The translations under genes and the position numbers were made by a program. Positions 57,165-64,000 of a DNA stretch of 64,000 bases are shown piece after piece (within the stretch, counting starts at the first letter, position 1; each line of letters opens with the position of its first letter). Source of the DNA: Eledone cirrhosa (lineage: Eukaryota); assembly GCA_964016885.1 (NCBI GenBank), contig OZ024743.1:37882001-37946000 (forward strand), written 5' to 3'. The notes beneath the pieces were generated by a model. It was not told the origin of the DNA. It saw nothing but the letters and a program-made list of their open reading frames with translations, and did no database searches.

Positions 57165-60075
57165 GAATTACTTTGAAATGTTTTGGCCAGTATTGGCCCA
57201 GGCCATGTCTAACTTAATAGCAGCACCTGGCGATGTCTTTCGATTCAGGATTTAGGCACCATGGCCCATTCGAGAAGAGAATTACTGTTTGCGGAGACAT
57301 ATCCGGGTGTGGGTGGTTTGTCCGGGATTACTTGGAGGAATTTGTCCAAAGAATTCTTGAATTGTGTGTGGTCAGTTTCATTTTTGACGTGTCCTGGTGT
57401 GATGTTGAAGAGAGCAGGGCCAATTGAGGTGAAATAATTGTGCCGTATTGTTGTTATGAGTTGCGATTTAGATTTTTATTTGGGACGGATAGCACGGGGC
57501 CCAAGCCTTGGGTGTATTTTGAAGGTGCTGATGAAACATTTTCCATAGCATGCAGATAATATAACGCTCACGGCGACGTTGGAGTGAGTAAAGTTTAAGC
57601 TTTTCTAGTCGACCTCAGTAGTCAAGGTCTGACATGCCATCTATCTTTTTCGTGATTGCCCTTTGGGGAGCTTCAAGTTTCATGATACTTTGTTTCGTGT
57701 GGGGAGACCACAGTGGAAAACAGTATTCAAGGTGTGGTCGGGCAAAAGTAGAGAAGAGAAGGATAATGGTGTGGGAATCTCTCGACTGGAAGGTTCTGAG
57801 GATCCAGGAACACATTCTGCGGGCCATGTCAACTTTGCTGCTTATATGTGTGGCCCAGCTTATGTTGCTGTCCACGGTTACTCCCAAGTCTCTGATGTTG
57901 TTAGATGCCACGAGAGTTTCACCGGAGGGAAGGGAGTACGGGAGTTTCAGAGCTTCCTCTTTTCCAAAGTGGATCAGTTCGAATTTGTCTTCGTTCAGTA
58001 ACATGTTGTTCTTTTCCGCCCATTGGGAAACAGCCAGTAGGTCTGACTGAAGGCTTATCCGGTCATCCACGCCATTGACGACCTTTTGGAGCTTGGAATC
58101 ATCAGCGAAAATTCTAATGTTGCTGTGTTTGATGATGTCAGTGATGTCATTAATATAGATGATGAAGAGAAGTGGGCCCAACACAGTGCCTTGTGGGACC
58201 CCACTACTGACTTTGGCTGGGCTGCACTTGACTCCTTCGACTACAACATGTTGGGTTCTGTTTGACAGGAAGCTCTTGATCCACTGCAGCAGCTTTCCAG
58301 TGACACCAATATTGGACAGCTTTCTCAGTAGAATGTTGTGATCAACCCTGTCAAAGGCCTTGCTAAAATCAAGGTAGATAACATCAGTGTTGGAACCCTC
58401 TCCCAAGGCTCTCAAAATGTCATCAAAGTGATGCAGTAGCTGCATCAGGCAATCCCTTCAATTACAGAATCCAATGCTGGTTGGAGTTCAGCATATTGTT
58501 ACTCTCAAGGAAGTGGGTCATTCGCGATCTCACCACTCTCTCAAATACCTTAATGATATGAGAGGTGAGTGAGATTGGACGGTAATTCACGGCAAGGGAT
58601 TTGTTTCCTTTTTTGAAAACTGGGACAACAGACTGGGATAGAAGGTTTTCTGTCACATATCCAGCATCCAGTGAGTTCCGCCACAGATTGGCAAGAGGAG
58701 ATGCAAGTTGGTGTTGACACGCCTTCAAGACACAAGCAGGGAACCTATCGGGACCTACTGCTGACTTATGCTTGATTTCCTTCATTGCCGCTAAGACATC
58801 AGGGGCGCCAAACGTTATGTCCGATAAGGTGTAATGGGGAGTAACATCGCCGATACAGCCCAGATCTGCCATATCAGGATTGCTGAAAACAGAGCAGTAT
58901 TGTTTCTGCAGTATCTCACCCATGGTTTTAGCATTGTCTTGAAGAGTGCCATTTTCATCAATTAGAGGGCCAACAGTAGAGCCAGTGATTTTGTGTGTTT
59001 TTTCAAGTGAAAAGAACACTTTGGGATTGAGTTTGATCTTCTCAATGGCCCAGGCCTCTTCAGCTCTTCTCTGATTGTTGACGATAGACATCATATTGTT
59101 TTGGAGGTTATGTTTTTTAATCTCTAGTGATGAAGTGGCAGTCAAGTTTATGTGTTGCTGCTGACAGTATTTCAGCTTGTTGATTTTTTTGTTAGTTCTC
59201 TTAATTTTCCTGATGAGCGTTTTTCTATTTCTTGGGATTCTGCTCTTAGATATGTTTCTAGTTCTTAATGGGGTGTGTTTTGCACATATGTTTGTAACAG
59301 TGTCCACAAATGTCTGCCAGAACTTTTTGATGTTAGTGGGTGTATGAGTGTGCATGAAGGACCAGTCGACATGTGCAAGATCATGACTGATCGCTTCCCA
59401 GTTTGCATTGTGGAAATCCATAGCGTCAAACGGATGGACAGGAGAGATGACATCGGGTTTGTATATTGGACGGTGGAATATCAGATCACAGAGAACCATG
59501 TCATGATCAGAGAGTAGAGTTTTCTCCACTGCAATATTGTGGATATTGTCAGTGTGATTGCTGAAAATTAAGTCTAGGACGTTTTTGTGGCACCTCGTTG
59601 GTTCGAGCACCAGTTGGGACAGGAAGAAATCATCCATGAAGTCAAGAAGCGATTCCACTGCTTCCCTGTCAGAGGTTGAGGCAGAAGAACCTGGTGGCAG
59701 GCTGTTTGTGGACCAGTCAACTCCGGGGAGGATGAAGTCCCCCATCATTAAGAAGTTGTCAGGGTGACACTCTTGGATGAAACACTTTATGTTGTTGAGG
59801 CATTCCTTGAAGCATGGTAGAGGCGTTTGGGGTGGCCTATAGAGCCCAACTACTATTAGGTTGTTGGTTTGACTGAATACAGTGACTGCTTCGCAGTACC
59901 ATTAGTGAATATGTTCATAGCCTCTGTTGAGAAAGAATTATGGACATAAATGGCAGTCCCACCCTTTCTTCTGCCAGCGCGATCAGCACGGATGGCTTTG
60001 ACTTTTTTTTTTCACTTTCACCTCGGCTTCCAAGTGGAGGTTACTGAGATGGGTTTCAGTGAGGACGAAGAAAGG
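57165..60075 (-). mobile_element. CR1-clade LINE, 5'-truncated, few disruptions
   Basis: APE part YRPP..MGDF..LDLIF..SDH; RT NYRPISLTS, YLDFSKAFD, GVPQGTVLGPLLF, FADDSK, RDLGV, RPHLEYC (ORFs 58462-59748 and 57615-58445). Confidence 0.9.
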
Positions 60076-60083
60076 GATGTGTG

Positions 60084-60202
<119 letters not shown>

Positions 60203-60227
60203 GTACATATATATATATATATACATG

Positions 60228-62990
<2,763 letters not shown>

Positions 62991-64000
62991 TGTATACATT
63001 TTTAGGACACTCTGTATATATATATGGACACACGTACACACACCCATGTATATCTTATATACTCTTCACTTACCTCTATTCTGAAGAGTTAGGTGCTGTT
63101 TTAGCAGGTGGAACGACAGCGCAGATGGTGCCTTGTTCTTTTCGAATCAGTATTTGGCTTTTTTTTGTACGCCATAAATGGGTGGTGATGATGTTTTCAG
63201 TTCAGTACTATCCACATTTCTTAAGGTCATACGGAACTCACAAATATATTAATGTGGTCGATGATCTCTCAGAAATGATTTAGAATATATTATTGTTTCT
63301 GAAATTATGTATCTCAAGAATCAAACCTGAAGTTGATTCATTACGGAAGGATGGAGAAATGTGCCTTATATTGATATGCAGTAAATACAGAATGTTTGTA
63401 ATATATATTATATCTATTCAAGAACGGACAATATTAAATCGTAATAACCCTACGCCGAAAGAATACGGTTAAGTGTTTACACTTTCATAAATAACTATAT
63501 ATATAATATATAATGTAAATATATATAAAGAATTGTTATGACAGAGGAGTAGACAGCTACCAGGTCTTTCATGTTTCTATTGCCTGTTAGCTTTTGTAAC
63601 AATAAATGTGTTGACAACAGAAAATAGTTACAAAAACAAGGCAAAAACAAAAATATGACGTTTGTTCATTTAAGTTGTAACTCGTATATATTTTTGTATA
63701 CATTTTTTTCCGCGTGATAACCATTCAAATAGAATGCTGTTCTTTATATACCAACTGACATATTCAAATAAATCGCTGACATATCTTAAGAAACGGTATT
63801 GCTTAAAATCGTGTCCGTTTCCGTGAGGAATAAAACATTTTATTATAATTGAAGTGTTCTAGTGAAGTATTTCTGATTCTACATATATACATGTGTAATA
63901 TATTCACTGCATGACAGTAATTTTTTCTACAATATATAATAGTTTGATTATTCATACCTAATCTGCATATTCGTCCATATTGTTTGTTTCTAGGGACTGC

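Noticed and set aside
63068-63300. Consensus splice donor AG|GTAAGT on minus at ~63073, a possible host exon
   Set aside because: A single motif with no supported acceptor or ORF; needs RNA-seq.

Overview
AT-rich, microsatellite-dense eukaryotic intergenic or intronic DNA. It is probably from an octopod cephalopod, inferred from memory of the SINE family and the huge (TA)n/(TG)n mosaics. I can support no host protein-coding gene; nearly all ORF-track hits are microsatellite translations or retrotransposon fragments. The window has two distinct transposon habitats. (1) At 2.8-20.7 kb is a nest of non-LTR retrotransposons in (AAT)n: Tx1/L1-type elements all on the minus strand (including an ORF1-only HAL1-like copy) and R4/Dong-type RT+REL elements all on the plus strand (one with an intact 706-aa ORF). 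(2) The (TA)n tracts hold two Naiad-type Penelope-like elements (PLEs), one forming a ~6.6 kb palindrome, plus many short non-coding fold-back or tandem elements. Most of these share the layout 'inverted arm + sense arm + unpaired tail', and several carry recognisable type I hammerhead ribozyme (HHR) folds. This HHR/fold-back network in (TA)n is the most interesting signal. Decayed RTE, CR1 and R4 copies and tRNA-derived SINEs fill the rest. All coordinates and folds were read by eye and are approximate.
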